Shown: piece after piece, positions 19,018 to 31,067 of the stretch
Layout of the letters: each line of letters starts with the position of its first letter
How positions within the stretch are numbered: the first letter of the stretch is position 1
Origin: Verrucomicrobiia bacterium
GTDB taxonomy: Bacteria; Verrucomicrobiota; Verrucomicrobiia; Palsa-1439
Length of the DNA: 64,000 nt
Reading direction: 5' to 3'
Assembly: GCA_035516795.1 (NCBI GenBank)
Contig: DATIZX010000055.1
Coordinates: 21,412-85,411 of the forward strand
The notes under the pieces: model-generated
The model's database searches: none
Told to the model about the DNA's origin: nothing
Seen by the model: the letters and a program-made list of their open reading frames with translations, nothing else
Made by a program: the position numbers and the translations under genes

Positions 19018-19175
19018 TTGTCCCACTGCTGGAGATATTGTTAAGAATCGTTCTGAAGCAGGCTGATCGGGGCCGGCGAGCGCAGTCGGAACGAAGGCGG
19101 AGACAATCCGCCTCTCTGCCGGGTTGATCTGGTTGAGGAGAGACGTAAAACCTAAGTCTTTCAGGCGATTCAAGC

Positions 19176-20780
19176 ATGATGCATACACGGCCAATAATCG
19201 AATGGAAATGGCGGAAGGGCGCACGCTGCGCTTTTCTGGTGTTCGTGGTCGCCTGGCTATGCGCACCGCTCGAAATCAGAGCCTGGGCTGCCGATACAAA
19301 TAATGGGCAGCAATCGGCAATTACCTCAACGGCGGCGTCAGGCCCCGCCCAGACGGCGCCCAAAGAGGCGCCCGCCTGGCAGAAACGACTGCAAGATTTC
19401 CGAGCGATGCTAACCCCGGTTCTCGGCCCGTGGATCAAGACACGACTATTCCTGGGGATCAGTTGGCTGCAAATCCTGCTGTCCGCGGGCGCGCTGGTGC
19501 TCGCAGCGATTGTCGACCTGATCTTGCGTTTCCTGCTACGTCGTCAGATTCGACGGGAGACCGCCCGGCCAAGTACTGAGAGAAAACGTTTCTCTTGGAT
19601 CAAGCCCGCGCTGGAGGCCACCGTCGCGCCGCTGGTTTTATTCGTTTGGATTTGGGGACTCTACGCGGCCTTCTCAATTCTCTTCGCCCATCTGGAAGGC
19701 GAGCAGACCACGTTTGTTTTGAATGGTCTGGCCTGGCTCAACGAGGCCGGAGAAATCGTAGTGCTTTTCTGGTTCCTGTTTCGCATGGCCAATGTTGCGG
19801 ACGAGGAATGGAAGAAGTGGGCCGCGTCCACCACGAGCAAGTGGGACGACATCATCGCGGCGGTGGCCGGACGCGCCGTACGCCTGATTTTGCCGTTGGT
19901 GGCCGCCATTTTGATTCTTCCGACTTTGCACATTTCGGCCGCGTCCCACGAGGTGTTTAAGGAAGGCATGAGCCTGCTGCTGATTTTCGCGGTGGGCTTC
20001 ATCCTCTACGAAATGGTCAACGCAGTCGAGCAAGCCGTCCTCAATCAGTACCGGATCGACGTAAAAGATAACCTCGAAGCGCGCAAGGTATACACCCAGG
20101 TGAAAGTTCTGAAGAAAGTGGCGATCGTGGTCATCGCCATCTTCACCGTGGCCTCAATGCTGATGGTGTTCGACTCCGTCCGGCAATTGGGCACGAGCAT
20201 TCTGGCGTCGGCTGGCATCGCCGGCATCATTTTGGGATTTGCCGCGCAACGCAGTCTCTCCACCTTGTTGGCGGGACTGCAGATCGCGATTACGCAACCG
20301 ATCCGCCTCGACGACGTGGTGATCGTGGAAAACGAATGGGGACGCATCGAGGAGATTACACTTACCTACGTCGTCGTACGCATTTGGGATTTGCGGCGAC
20401 TGATCGTGCCCATCAATTACTTCATCGAAAAGCCGTTTCAGAATTGGACTCGCGTCAGCGCGGATTTGTTGGGCAGTGTAATGTTATACGTGGATTACAC
20501 CGTGCCACTGAAGGCGTTGCGCGATGAATTGGATCGGCTCCTGGAAAACTCCAAACGCTGGGATCGCAAAGTGAAGGTCATCCAGGTCACCGACGCCAAG
20601 CTGAACGGAATGGAAGTACGCGTGTTGGTAAGCGCACCCGACGCGTCCACGGCGTGGGATCTGCGGTGCGAATTGCGCGAGAAACTGATCGATTTCGTGC
20701 AACGCAATTATCCGCAGAGCCTGCCGCGGATGCGTGCAGAAATTCTCGATCTGAGGCTGGCAAAAGCTGGAGCGGCGTAA
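19176..20780 (+). CDS. MscS-family mechanosensitive channel with long N-terminal periplasmic/TM extension
   Basis: 534 aa with signal peptide and multiple TM helices. Conserved MscS pore/beta-domain (GIAGIILGFAAQRSLSTLLAGLQIAITQPIRLDDVV...GRIEEITLTYVVVR). Confidence 0.8.
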   Translation: MMHTRPIIEWKWRKGARCAFLVFVVAWLCAPLEIRAWAADTNNGQQSAITSTAASGPAQTAPKEAPAWQKRLQDFRAMLTPVLGPWIKTRLFLGISWLQILLSAGALVLAAIVDLILRFLLRRQIRRETARPSTERKRFSWIKPALEATVAPLVLFVWIWGLYAAFSILFAHLEGEQTTFVLNGLAWLNEAGEIVVLFWFLFRMANVADEEWKKWAASTTSKWDDIIAAVAGRAVRLILPLVAAILILPTLHISAASHEVFKEGMSLLLIFAVGFILYEMVNAVEQAVLNQYRIDVKDNLEARKVYTQVKVLKKVAIVVIAIFTVASMLMVFDSVRQLGTSILASAGIAGIILGFAAQRSLSTLLAGLQIAITQPIRLDDVVIVENEWGRIEEITLTYVVVRIWDLRRLIVPINYFIEKPFQNWTRVSADLLGSVMLYVDYTVPLKALRDELDRLLENSKRWDRKVKVIQVTDAKLNGMEVRVLVSAPDASTAWDLRCELREKLIDFVQRNYPQSLPRMRAEILDLRLAKAGAA

Positions 20781-21055
20781 CCTTCGGCTTCCGGTGGCTG
20801 GCCGTGGCCGAAAGAACGGTGCTGTGTTGGTTCCGTGGGAAACCGTAAAGGCGTTGGAAAAGATCGTGGGAAAACCGATACACGACAATTGTCGAGGGCG
20901 TCTCGCCGGCTGCCGACGGCGGACAGCTTCCGCTGAGACGGTCGCGCACAGCACGTTGCCGGCTGCCGAGGGGCGCGCTTTGTCGTTTGGCGGGACGGGG
21001 ATCGATGCGACTCTCTGTCTATGGAAACATCTGATCAGGGGAGGAGTAAAAAGTC

Positions 21056-24000
21056 ATGACGGCGCCCCGTCAACTTCGTAACGGTTTGACACCCGATCCG
21101 CACTGGTACAAGAGCGGGGTGATCTACGAACTGCACGTCCGTGCCTTTTACGACTGCGATGGTAATGGCATTGGCGATTTCCGCGGGCTGACCGAGAAGC
21201 TGGACTACCTCAAGGAACTCGGGGTGACCGCGCTTTGGCTCCTGCCGTTTTATCCATCGCCTCTCAAGGACGACGGTTACGACATCGCGGATTATTGTGC
21301 CGTGCATCCGATGTACGGCACGTTGGCAGATTTCAAAATGTTTCTGCGTGAAGCGCATCGCCGCGGATTGCGGGTCATCACAGAATTGGTATTGAATCAC
21401 ACTTCGGACCAACACGCCTGGTTTCAGCGGGCCCGTCGCGCCAAGCCCGGCAGCCGCCAACGTGACTTCTATGTCTGGAGCGACACGACGGGCAGGTACA
21501 AAGACGCTCGCATCATCTTCAAAGACGTCGAGTACTCGAATTGGACTTGGGACGCTGTCGCCAACGCCTACTACTGGCATCGTTTCTTTTCGCACCAGCC
21601 CGATCTCAATTATGAAAATCCCGAAGTTCACAAAGAAATGCTGAAGGTTGTGGATTTCTGGTTCGATCTGGGTGTGGACGGGCTGCGCCTGGATGCTGTC
21701 CCGTATCTTTACGAAAAGGAGGGGACCAGTTGCGAAAACCTGCCGGAAACGCATGCGTTCTTGAAGAAACTCCGTGCCCACGTGGACGGGAAGTATCGTG
21801 ACAGGATGTTGCTCGCCGAGGCCAATCAATGGCCCGAAGATGCGGTAGCTTATTTCGGTCAAGCGCCGGGCGACGAATGTCACATGGCGTATCATTTCCC
21901 ACTGATGCCCCGATTATTCATGGGTTTGCGGATGGAAGACCGCACGCCGATTGTGGACATTCTCGAACAAACACCCGCGATTCCCGAAGCCTGCCAGTGG
22001 GTGTTATTCCTGCGCAATCACGACGAACTAACCCTCGAGATGGTGACCGACGAAGAGCGCGATTACATGTACCGCATGTACGCCAAAACACATCAGGCGC
22101 GGCTTAATTTGGGCATCCGTCGTCGCCTGGCTCCGTTGTTGGGAAACGACCGCAAGCGCATCGAATTGCTCAATGCGCTTCTGTTTTCTCTGCCCGGCAC
22201 GCCATCCTTGTACTACGGGGATGAGATCGGCATGGGTGAAAACATCTTCCTCGGCGACCGCAATGGCGTGCGCACGCCCATGCAATGGAGTTCCGATAAG
22301 AACGCCGGTTTCTCGCGTGCCAACCCACAGGGTCTGTATCTGCCGATCATTTACGACCCCGAATATCATTACGAAGCGATCAATGTGGACGCACAAGCGA
22401 AAAACCCGCATTCGCTGCTGTGGTGGATGCGGCGGCTGCTCGCTCTGCGCAAACGCTGGCGCGCGCTGGGCGAAGGTCGGTGTGAATTTCTGCGTCCCGA
22501 GAACCGCAAAATCCTCAGCTATATTTTGCGTCACGAAGACGAGACCATTCTGGTCGTGGCCAATCTCTCGCGATTCGTGCAACCGGTGGAGTTGGAATTA
22601 TCGGCTTTCAAAGGCATGGTACCGACGGAGTTGTTTGGTCGGACCAGGTTTCCAGTGATCGCCGACCGCCCGTATTTCCTCACGCTTAGTCCGCACGCGT
22701 TTTATTGGTTTTCGCTGGAATCGCGACCTGTAGCGATCGTCCAGGCGTCGGTTCCTGCCGGCCACCAAGATGAACCGCGCGTCCTCGAGGTGGCAGACGA
22801 ATGGGCGCTGGTGCTCGCCGAAAAGGAACGGGCGCAGCTCGAAGCCTTGTTGTCGGCGTGGCTGCCCGCACGACCTTGGTTTATCGCCAAGGGAAAAACC
22901 ATCAAAGCGGTTACCATTGGAGAGTCCATTCCCGTACCGTGCGGCGCCGACACAGTTTTACTGGTGCTGGCGCAGGTCGAATACGTGGAAGGCGATACCG
23001 ATCTTTACTCATTGCCGTTGGCCTTTGCCCGGGGCGACGAGGCCGCCCTGCTTCGCCAGGACACTCCTTGGTTCATCATTTGCGGCCTGAGAATATTGGC
23101 GACGGGAGAGAGCGGCGTCCTTTATGACGCGGTGGGCAGCAAGACTTTTGCGCGGACATTGCTGGAATTGATCTCTGGCCGCCGGCGCATCAAAACCGAC
23201 CGGGTGGAAGTGCAGGCGCTGCGCACGCGAAATTTCCGCCGCCTACTGAACGACAACCCAGTGCCGGAGCCAATTGTTGGGAAGTTGGAGCGAAGCAATT
23301 CCTCCATTATTTTCGGCGATCGTTTCATCTTGAAATTGTTTCGCCGTCTCGACACGGGCACAAATCCGGACCTGGAACTCACCTGGTTTCTTACGGAACA
23401 GAAATTTCCGCACGCCCAGCAATTGGCCGGTGCCCTGGAGTTGTGCGGTCTCGCGGACGAACGGATCAGTCTGGCGATTCTCAATGGATTCATTTCCAAT
23501 GCGCGCGGCGCTTGGGAATACACCCTCGACGGGCTCGGCCGGTATTACGACCGCGTCCTCACCTTTGTGGCGGAAGGCCGTGAGGTGCCGGCAGGTCAAA
23601 CGCCGCTGGCGAGATTATTGCACGAAGAGCCGCCGGCGAAAATTGCCCAGGCGGTAGGGACCTATCTGGAATCAGCCCGCTTGTTGGGTGAGCGGACGGC
23701 CGGGATGCATCTGGCGTTGGCTGCGGGTACGGCCTATCGGGATCTGGCACCCGAACCGTTCACGCCGCATTACGTGCGTGGTCTGTTTCAATCCATGCGG
23801 AACCTCGCGACGCAAAATTTCCGCCTGCTGCGCACCCAACTCAAAACGCTGCCACCCAATGTCATCCCGCTGGCTCAGCGCGCACTGGAGCGGGAACAGG
23901 AGATCATCAGTTGCTACCGCCTGCTTTACACGCGCCGCATTACCGCGCGTCGCATCCGTTGTCACGGCGATTTTCACCTCGGGCAGATCCTCTATACCGG

Positions 24001-24424
24001 GAAAGATTTTGTCATGATCGATTTCGAGGGTGAGCCGCTCACGCCGCTCAGCGAGCGCCGCATCAAGCGTTCGGCGCTGCGCGACGTGTCCAGCATGGTG
24101 CGGTCGTTCCATTACGCGGCATGGACGGGTCTGTACGAGCATGTCCAGCGCGGTGGTGGCGACCCCCAGAGTTTGTCCAAATTTGAGCCCTGGGCGAACC
24201 TGTGGTATCAGGTGGTCAGCTCGGTTTATCTGCGAGCCTATTTGAAAGCGATGGGGCACTCGGAAGTCCTCCCTGATTCGGACGAGGAATTGCTGGCGAT
24301 GTTGCCGGCCTACCTGCTGAACAAAGCGGTTTACGAAGTCGGCTACGAACTGAATAATCGGCCGGCGTGGTTGCACATCCCGCTATTGGGCATACTGCAT
24401 TTGCTCGGGACGGAAGTGAAATGA
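21056..24424 (+). CDS. treS: trehalose synthase (maltose alpha-D-glucosyltransferase) fused to maltokinase (TreS-Mak/Pep2)
   Basis: 1122 aa. N-terminal GH13 TreS motifs (LWLLPFYPSPLKDDGYDIADY, GLRLDAVPYL, FLRNHDELT). C-terminal aminoglycoside-kinase-like maltokinase motifs (IIFGDRFILKLFRRL, HGDFHLGQIL, DFEGEP). Confidence 0.9.
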   Translation: MTAPRQLRNGLTPDPHWYKSGVIYELHVRAFYDCDGNGIGDFRGLTEKLDYLKELGVTALWLLPFYPSPLKDDGYDIADYCAVHPMYGTLADFKMFLREAHRRGLRVITELVLNHTSDQHAWFQRARRAKPGSRQRDFYVWSDTTGRYKDARIIFKDVEYSNWTWDAVANAYYWHRFFSHQPDLNYENPEVHKEMLKVVDFWFDLGVDGLRLDAVPYLYEKEGTSCENLPETHAFLKKLRAHVDGKYRDRMLLAEANQWPEDAVAYFGQAPGDECHMAYHFPLMPRLFMGLRMEDRTPIVDILEQTPAIPEACQWVLFLRNHDELTLEMVTDEERDYMYRMYAKTHQARLNLGIRRRLAPLLGNDRKRIELLNALLFSLPGTPSLYYGDEIGMGENIFLGDRNGVRTPMQWSSDKNAGFSRANPQGLYLPIIYDPEYHYEAINVDAQAKNPHSLLWWMRRLLALRKRWRALGEGRCEFLRPENRKILSYILRHEDETILVVANLSRFVQPVELELSAFKGMVPTELFGRTRFPVIADRPYFLTLSPHAFYWFSLESRPVAIVQASVPAGHQDEPRVLEVADEWALVLAEKERAQLEALLSAWLPARPWFIAKGKTIKAVTIGESIPVPCGADTVLLVLAQVEYVEGDTDLYSLPLAFARGDEAALLRQDTPWFIICGLRILATGESGVLYDAVGSKTFARTLLELISGRRRIKTDRVEVQALRTRNFRRLLNDNPVPEPIVGKLERSNSSIIFGDRFILKLFRRLDTGTNPDLELTWFLTEQKFPHAQQLAGALELCGLADERISLAILNGFISNARGAWEYTLDGLGRYYDRVLTFVAEGREVPAGQTPLARLLHEEPPAKIAQAVGTYLESARLLGERTAGMHLALAAGTAYRDLAPEPFTPHYVRGLFQSMRNLATQNFRLLRTQLKTLPPNVIPLAQRALEREQEIISCYRLLYTRRITARRIRCHGDFHLGQILYTGKDFVMIDFEGEPLTPLSERRIKRSALRDVSSMVRSFHYAAWTGLYEHVQRGGGDPQSLSKFEPWANLWYQVVSSVYLRAYLKAMGHSEVLPDSDEELLAMLPAYLLNKAVYEVGYELNNRPAWLHIPLLGILHLLGTEVK

Positions 24425-26337
24425 TCACAGTGATTCACAAACCAGCTTGGTTCAGTTCTGACGACCTGCACTGGTTTAACGAAGGGACGCATTCGCGGAT
24501 TTATGAGAAATTCGGCGCGCAGCTTACCAGCCAGAATGGAAGTACGGGCGTCCACTTTGCCGTCTGGGCCCCGAATGCGGAGCGCGTGTCGGTCATCGGC
24601 AACTTCAACAGTTGGAGCAAATCGAAGAACCTATTGCAGGCCATCGGCGCCTCTGGCGTGTGGGCGGGGTTCGTCCCCGAAATCGCGCGCGGGACGACTT
24701 ACAAATATCACATCGTGTCCCGTTACGATGGCTACGAAGTGGACAAGGCGGACCCCGTGGGATTTCGGCAGGAGACAGCCCCCAAAACGGCTTCATTGGT
24801 TTGGGATCTGGAGTATGCCTGGCAAGATCGAAATTGGATGAAGGTCCGCGGACAGCGTCAGAACCTGAGCCAACCCACCTCCATTTACGAAGTGCATCTG
24901 GGCTCTTGGATGCGCTTGCCGGAGGAAGGCAACCGCTGGCTCACGTATCGCGAATCGGCACCTCGGCTCGCCGAATACGTCCAACGGCTGGGGTTCACGC
25001 ATGTCGAGTTCTTACCCGTCATGAAACACCCATTCTACGGTTCCTGGGGTTATCAAACCACGTGCTACTATGCGCCCACCGGCCGCTATGGAACGCCGCA
25101 GGATTTGATGTATCTGATTGACTACCTTCACCAGCACGAAATCGGCGTGATTCTGGATTGGGTACCGTCGCATTTTCCTGCCGACGAATATGGCCTGGCC
25201 TATTTCGATGGAACTCATCTGTATGAACACGGCGACCCGCGCCAGGGAGTCCAACCAGATTGGCATAGTTACATTTTCAATTACGGACGCCACGAGGTGC
25301 ACAGCTTTCTGCTGAGCAACGCGTTGTTCTGGCTGGATAAATATCACGCCGATGGGTTGCGGGTAGACGCCGTGGCTTCCATGCTTTATCTGGACTATTC
25401 GCGCAAGCCCGGGGAATGGATCCCAAACCGCTTTGGTGGACGAGAAAATCTGGAGGCGATTGATTTCTTGCGACGGCTGAACGAGACCATTTATCGCGAG
25501 TATCCGGACGTGCAGACCTGTGCTGAAGAATCCACAGCTTGGCCTATGGTTTCGCGTCCGCTCTATGTGGGCGGATTGGGCTTCGGGTATAAATGGGACA
25601 TGGGGTTTATGCACGACACCCTCAGCTACTTCAGCAAGGAGCCGGTGCACCGCAAGTACCATCACAGCCAGATCACCTTCCGCGCCATGTACGCCTTCTC
25701 GGAGAATTTTATCCTGCCCTTTTCTCACGACGAAGTCGTCTATGGCAAGGGCTCTCTGCTTGCCAAGATGCCCGGGGACGACTGGCAGAGATTTGCCAAC
25801 CTGCGCCTGCTATTCGCCTACCTGTTTCTTCAGCCCGGCAAGAAGCTGCTGTTCATGGGCGATGAATTTGGCCAACGAAACGAATGGAATCACGAGACCA
25901 GTCTCGACTGGCGTTTGCTGCAATTTCCGCCGCATGCCGGCGTGCAACGATTGGTGAGCGATCTCAATCGCTTGTATCGGGGGCAACCCGCTCTGCATGA
26001 ATGCGACACGTCCCCGGATGGCTTTGCGTGGGTGGACTGCAACGATTCGGAACAGAGCACTCTCAGTTGGCTGCGACGCGGGACGCAGCCCGACGATACG
26101 GTGGTGAGTGTTTTCAATTTCACGCCGGTGGTGCGTCACAATTTTCGCGTCGGCCTCCCGCAGGGCGGTTTTTGGAGTGAATTGCTAAATACCGACGCTG
26201 CCGATTATGGGGGGAGCGGTCAGGGAAATCTCGGCGGACTCGAAGCCGCGCCGTTTTCGTGGCATGGGCAACCGAATACGTTCAGCATCACCCTGCCGCC
26301 CTTGGGTGCAGTCTGTTTCAAACGAGCCCAGTCATGA
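24421..26337 (+). CDS. glgB: 1,4-alpha-glucan branching enzyme GlgB
   Basis: GH13 branching-enzyme motifs (GVHFAVWAPNAERVSVIGNFNSW, GLRVDAVASMLY, FILPFSHDEVV). ATG at 24421 overlaps the treS-mak stop (ATGA). The listed ORF (24367) carries a non-native N-terminal extension. Confidence 0.9.
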   Translation: MITVIHKPAWFSSDDLHWFNEGTHSRIYEKFGAQLTSQNGSTGVHFAVWAPNAERVSVIGNFNSWSKSKNLLQAIGASGVWAGFVPEIARGTTYKYHIVSRYDGYEVDKADPVGFRQETAPKTASLVWDLEYAWQDRNWMKVRGQRQNLSQPTSIYEVHLGSWMRLPEEGNRWLTYRESAPRLAEYVQRLGFTHVEFLPVMKHPFYGSWGYQTTCYYAPTGRYGTPQDLMYLIDYLHQHEIGVILDWVPSHFPADEYGLAYFDGTHLYEHGDPRQGVQPDWHSYIFNYGRHEVHSFLLSNALFWLDKYHADGLRVDAVASMLYLDYSRKPGEWIPNRFGGRENLEAIDFLRRLNETIYREYPDVQTCAEESTAWPMVSRPLYVGGLGFGYKWDMGFMHDTLSYFSKEPVHRKYHHSQITFRAMYAFSENFILPFSHDEVVYGKGSLLAKMPGDDWQRFANLRLLFAYLFLQPGKKLLFMGDEFGQRNEWNHETSLDWRLLQFPPHAGVQRLVSDLNRLYRGQPALHECDTSPDGFAWVDCNDSEQSTLSWLRRGTQPDDTVVSVFNFTPVVRHNFRVGLPQGGFWSELLNTDAADYGGSGQGNLGGLEAAPFSWHGQPNTFSITLPPLGAVCFKRAQS

Positions 26338-26425
26338 GAGCATCCCGGGGAAGACCTCATCGAATTCGGAACCATCGTTTCCCATGTCACAAGGCCTGCA
26401 ATGGGAAGGCCGGGAGTAGGGTTCC

Positions 26426-28555
26426 ATGAGACGCATTTTGCCGGGCGAACCATATCCCCTGGGTGCGACTTGGGACGGCAGAGGGGTGAACTTTGCGATT
26501 TTCTCCGAGCGCGCCGAGCGGGTCGAACTCTGCCTCTTCGACTCACCCGCCTCGAGAAAGGAGTCGGTGCGGATTTCGCTTCCGGAAAGGACGGATCTCG
26601 TTTGGCATGGATACCTGCCGGGTATGCGCCCCGGCCAACTGTATGGCTACCGGGTCTGGGGCCCTTACGATCCGAAAAACGGACAACGCTTCAATCCCCA
26701 CAAGGTGCTCTTTGATCCTTACGCCAAAGCCGTCGGACGCCCACTGCGCTGGGGCGATGAGTTGTTCGGGTACCGGATTGGGGATCACCACGAAGATCTC
26801 TCGTTTGATAAACGCGACGATGCAGCATCGGCCCCGTTGGGAACCGTTGTCGATCCTGATTTCGATTGGGAGAATGACCGGCCACTGCGCCACCGCTGGC
26901 GCGATACCGTGATTTACGAGACGCACGTGAAAGGCTTTACCCGTCGGCATCCGAAAGTGCCCGAAGCGCTGCGCGGGACGTATGCCGGGTTGGTTTCGAA
27001 ACCGGCGATCGAGCATTTGAAAAACCTCGGCATCACGGCGGTGGAAATCATGCCGGTCCATCATTTCGTTGACGACCGGCATCTGCTGGAGCGCAAGCTC
27101 TCAAATTACTGGGGCTACAACACGCTCGGATTCTTTGCCTTGGAGCCTCGATATGCCTCTTCTCGAACTTCTCACGGCACGGTCCGAGAATTCAAAACGA
27201 TGGTCAAAACCCTTCATCAGGCCGACCTCGAAGTCATTCTTGATGTGGCTTATAACCATACCGCCGAAGGCAATCACTTTGGCCCGACCCTTTCGTTTCG
27301 AGGTATCGACAATACCGCCTACTATCGACTCGTATCCGGCGACCGACGCTACTACATGGATTTCACCGGCTGCGGCAACACGCTGAACATGACACATCCA
27401 CGCGTACTGCAGATCATCATGGATAGCCTACGGTATTGGGTGGTGGAAATGCACGTGGACGGCTTCCGATTCGATTTGGCGGCGGCGCTGGCGCGAGAGT
27501 TTTACGAAGTGGATCGTTTGGGAGCCTTCTTTGACATTATCCACCAAGATCCTGTTTTGTCGCAGGTGAAACTCATTGCCGAACCGTGGGACCTCGGCAA
27601 AGGCGGCTATCAGGTCGGCAATTTCCCGGTCGGCTGGACCGAGTGGAACGGCAAGTATCGCGATGCCATCCGCCGCTTTTGGAAGGGGGACAGCGGCGCC
27701 ATGTCGGAGTTGGCCACTCGTCTTTGCGGCAGCAGCGATTTGTACGAACAGAGTGGGCGCCGTCCATCGGCGAGTATCAATTTCGTCACGAGCCACGACG
27801 GGTTCACACTCGAGGACCTCGTCAGCTACGATCACAAGCACAACGAAGCCAACGGCGAACAGAATCGTGATGGGACTGACCACAATCTTTCCTGGAACCA
27901 CGGCGTGGAAGGGCTCACCGACAAGACGGCCATCCTCGATCTCCGCGAGCGCCAAAAGAGGAATTTTCTGGCCACGCTTCTTTTCTCGCAGGGTGTTCCG
28001 ATGCTGAGCGGAGGTGACGAGATGGGACGCACCCAACGCGGGAACAACAACGCCTTTTGTCAGGACAATGAACTGACCTGGTACGACTGGGATCTGGACG
28101 ATCGCCAGCGAGCGTTGCTGGATTTCACTCGCCGAATCATCCAATTCCGAAAACAACATGCGAACTTGCGCCGACGCAAGTTCTTTCAGGGTCGCTCCAT
28201 TCGTGGCTCCAGAGCCAAAGACGTCGTCTGGCTGCGGGCAGACGGCACGGAGATGACCGACAAAGAGTGGGCGGCCCGGTGGATGCGTGCCCTTGGGATG
28301 CGTCTCGATGGCGACGCTCTGGAAGTCGTGGATGCGCGCGGTCAGCGGATTACGGACAACACATTGTTGCTATTGCTGAATGCCCATCACAAAGCGGTCT
28401 CTTTCACATTGCCGAAATTTGTACTGCACGCGCGCTGGTCCATGATTTTTGATACGAACCGGCCCAATTTGAAGGAAGGGGAGCAAATCGCGGCCGGGCG
28501 AACGTCGATTATTCTCGCCGCGCGTTCCCTGATGCTATTGCGTCATGTCGACTGA
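26426..28555 (+). CDS. glgX: glycogen debranching enzyme GlgX (isoamylase-type)
   Basis: 709 aa. N-terminal CBM48 region ([18 protein letters not shown]) and GH13 catalytic motifs ([21 protein letters not shown]). Confidence 0.9.
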   Translation: MRRILPGEPYPLGATWDGRGVNFAIFSERAERVELCLFDSPASRKESVRISLPERTDLVWHGYLPGMRPGQLYGYRVWGPYDPKNGQRFNPHKVLFDPYAKAVGRPLRWGDELFGYRIGDHHEDLSFDKRDDAASAPLGTVVDPDFDWENDRPLRHRWRDTVIYETHVKGFTRRHPKVPEALRGTYAGLVSKPAIEHLKNLGITAVEIMPVHHFVDDRHLLERKLSNYWGYNTLGFFALEPRYASSRTSHGTVREFKTMVKTLHQADLEVILDVAYNHTAEGNHFGPTLSFRGIDNTAYYRLVSGDRRYYMDFTGCGNTLNMTHPRVLQIIMDSLRYWVVEMHVDGFRFDLAAALAREFYEVDRLGAFFDIIHQDPVLSQVKLIAEPWDLGKGGYQVGNFPVGWTEWNGKYRDAIRRFWKGDSGAMSELATRLCGSSDLYEQSGRRPSASINFVTSHDGFTLEDLVSYDHKHNEANGEQNRDGTDHNLSWNHGVEGLTDKTAILDLRERQKRNFLATLLFSQGVPMLSGGDEMGRTQRGNNNAFCQDNELTWYDWDLDDRQRALLDFTRRIIQFRKQHANLRRRKFFQGRSIRGSRAKDVVWLRADGTEMTDKEWAARWMRALGMRLDGDALEVVDARGQRITDNTLLLLLNAHHKAVSFTLPKFVLHARWSMIFDTNRPNLKEGEQIAAGRTSIILAARSLMLLRHVD

Positions 28556-31067
28556 AGCCTCAAACTCCGGTTCGGTGGACTCGTTCGCGCGTGTTCCGCG
28601 TGCCACGTACCGGCTGCAATTCAATCACGAATTTACGTTACGCCAGGCGATCGAATTGGTTCCGTATCTGAATGACTTGGGCATCAGCCACCTTTATGCC
28701 TCGCCTCTGCTCAAGGCTTGTCCCGAGAGCATGCACGGCTATGACGTTTGCGATTACTCCCAGCTCAACCCAGAACTGGGAACAGAGGTGGAGTTGGAGG
28801 AGTTGGTGGCGCATTTGCGAAAGCACGACATGGGCTTGGTGCTCGACATCGTGCCGAATCACATGGGCATCAGCAGCCGCGAGAACCGGTGGTGGTGGGA
28901 CGTGCTCAAGAACGGACGCGCCAGCCGCTTTGCGGATTTCTTTGATATCGACTGGGAGTCGCCGGACCCGCGACTGCGCGGCAAAGTGCTCGTGCCGGTG
29001 CTCGGCGATTTCTACGGTCGCATCCTGCAGCGCGGCGAATTGAAGCTGGCCTACGAGCAGGGGGAAATCGTGCTCTGCTATTACGATCATCGTTTCCCCA
29101 TTTCATCCGAGACGTTGACCGTCGCGCCCGCTTCCCTTGCAGAATCGCTGGCAAAACTGAATGGGGACCTCACCGCGCTGGATGAGTTGATTCAAAAGCA
29201 GCATTACCGGCTTGCGGGCTGGCGGCATGGCAACGCGGAGTTGAACTACCGCCGCTTCTTCGATATCTCCACACTGGCCGGCATCCGCGTGGAAGACCCG
29301 CGTGTATTCGGGGCTGTCCACGCCCTCGGGCTCCGTTGGTATGCCAATGGATGGATTGACGGGTTTCGTGTGGATCATCCCGATGGCTTGCACGATCCGA
29401 CGGAGTACTTCGAACGCCTGCGCGTTGCCGCGCCGTGCGCTTGGATCGTGGCGGAGAAAATACTCCAACCCGGCGAGGTGATGCCGGAGGATTGGCCGGT
29501 CGCCGGCACCACCGGTTACGAATTTATGCGCCGCGTCACGGGCTTGTTCATTGATCCCGAAAGCGAAAAACCGTTGACCGATGTCTATGTCGAGTTCACC
29601 GGCGAGCCAACGGACTATGGTTTCGTGGTGCGCGAAAAGCAGAAGCTGGTCCTGCGTGGCCTGCTCGAGGCCGAGGTCAACTGGTTGACCCGGTTGCTCG
29701 TGCGCATTGCGGGTCGGTACTGGCGTTATCGCGATCTCGCCGAGACGGATCTTCGGGAGACCCTGATTGAAGTGACGGCGCGGCTGCCGGTCTACTGCAC
29801 GTATGTACAGGCACACCTCGGTCGCGTGCCAGACGCGGACGCAGCGGTGATTTCCGAGACGATCTCCTGGGCGCGACAACGCAGGTCGAATCTGCCGCCG
29901 GAAGGATTCGATTTCATTGAAGACCTGCTGCTGCTCCGCCTCAGCGGCGAAGTCGAGCACGAATTCGTGATGCGGTTTCAGCAACTCACCGGCCCGACGA
30001 TGGCCAAGGGCGCCGAGGACACGGCGTGTTACTGTTTCAACCGGTTGATTGCCCTGAACATCGTGAGTGGTGACCCCGGCCGCTTTGGTCTGACGCCGCA
30101 GTCTTTTCACGAACGCTGCGCGCGCGCCCGGCGGCGCTGGCCTCATTCGATGCTTACCACTTCGACCCATGACACCAAACGCAGCGGAGATGTGCGGATG
30201 CGGATCTGTCTGCTTTCGGAAATCCCGCAGGAATGGCGCACCGCGGTCGTTCGCTGGTCCACGATGAATGAGAAACATCGCCGCGGCGAGTGGCCGGACC
30301 GTAATATTGAATATTTCTACTATCAAACCCTCGTTGGCGCGTGGCCTCTGCCGTTGGAACGGGCCCTCTTGGTCATGGAAAAGGCCGCACGCGAAGCCAA
30401 GCAGTATACTTCCTGGACCCGACCAAATTCGGGATACGATTCCGCCCTGCGCGAGTTTGTGAAGGGCACGCTCGGTGACCAACAATTCATTGCCGACCTG
30501 GAGCGCTTTATGGCGAAGTTGGTCGAACCCGGCCAGGTGAACTCGCTGGCGGAACTCCTTTTGAAGCTTACCACACCCGGTGTTCCCGATATTTATCAAG
30601 GCGATGAACTTTGGGACTTCAGCTTGGTTGACCCGGACAACCGACGTTCCATCGACTTTGCAATGCGTCGCCGGCTATTGGCCGAGTTGTCCGGATTATC
30701 CGTTGACCAGGTCTGGCGTCGGCGAAACGAGGGGCTGCCCAAAATTTGGCTGCTGCAAAAGACGCTCCATTTCCGACGCGATCACCCCGAACTACTCGGC
30801 GGCGAAAGCAGTTATGAGCCGTGCTCCGCCACCGGCGCCAAAGCTGAACACGTTGTGGCCTTCATTCGTAGCGCGCGCGTCGCTACAATTGTGCCGCGTC
30901 TCGTCGTACGCCTGAAGGGCGAATGGAACGATACCAGGCTGAGCTTGCCGGCCGGTAACTGGACCAACGAACTCACCGGTGAAGCGGTCGCCGGCGGCGT
31001 CTGTCACCTGGCCGATTTGTTGAAACATTTCCCGGTGGCATTACTTTCTAGGAAAGAACGGGATTGA
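28545..31067 (+). CDS. treY: malto-oligosyltrehalose synthase TreY
   Basis: 840 aa. TreY-characteristic N-terminus ([39 protein letters not shown]) with GH13 motifs. Overlaps glgX by 11 nt. Confidence 0.9.
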   Translation: MSTEASNSGSVDSFARVPRATYRLQFNHEFTLRQAIELVPYLNDLGISHLYASPLLKACPESMHGYDVCDYSQLNPELGTEVELEELVAHLRKHDMGLVLDIVPNHMGISSRENRWWWDVLKNGRASRFADFFDIDWESPDPRLRGKVLVPVLGDFYGRILQRGELKLAYEQGEIVLCYYDHRFPISSETLTVAPASLAESLAKLNGDLTALDELIQKQHYRLAGWRHGNAELNYRRFFDISTLAGIRVEDPRVFGAVHALGLRWYANGWIDGFRVDHPDGLHDPTEYFERLRVAAPCAWIVAEKILQPGEVMPEDWPVAGTTGYEFMRRVTGLFIDPESEKPLTDVYVEFTGEPTDYGFVVREKQKLVLRGLLEAEVNWLTRLLVRIAGRYWRYRDLAETDLRETLIEVTARLPVYCTYVQAHLGRVPDADAAVISETISWARQRRSNLPPEGFDFIEDLLLLRLSGEVEHEFVMRFQQLTGPTMAKGAEDTACYCFNRLIALNIVSGDPGRFGLTPQSFHERCARARRRWPHSMLTTSTHDTKRSGDVRMRICLLSEIPQEWRTAVVRWSTMNEKHRRGEWPDRNIEYFYYQTLVGAWPLPLERALLVMEKAAREAKQYTSWTRPNSGYDSALREFVKGTLGDQQFIADLERFMAKLVEPGQVNSLAELLLKLTTPGVPDIYQGDELWDFSLVDPDNRRSIDFAMRRRLLAELSGLSVDQVWRRRNEGLPKIWLLQKTLHFRRDHPELLGGESSYEPCSATGAKAEHVVAFIRSARVATIVPRLVVRLKGEWNDTRLSLPAGNWTNELTGEAVAGGVCHLADLLKHFPVALLSRKERD

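Noticed and set aside
20781-21055. 275-nt leader upstream of treS as a possible riboswitch
   Set aside because: No recognisable riboswitch consensus could be identified by eye. Kept only as a note within the trehalose-cluster finding.
29103-30599. 498-aa minus-strand ORF
   Set aside because: Antisense to treY, which has unambiguous GH13/TreY motifs.
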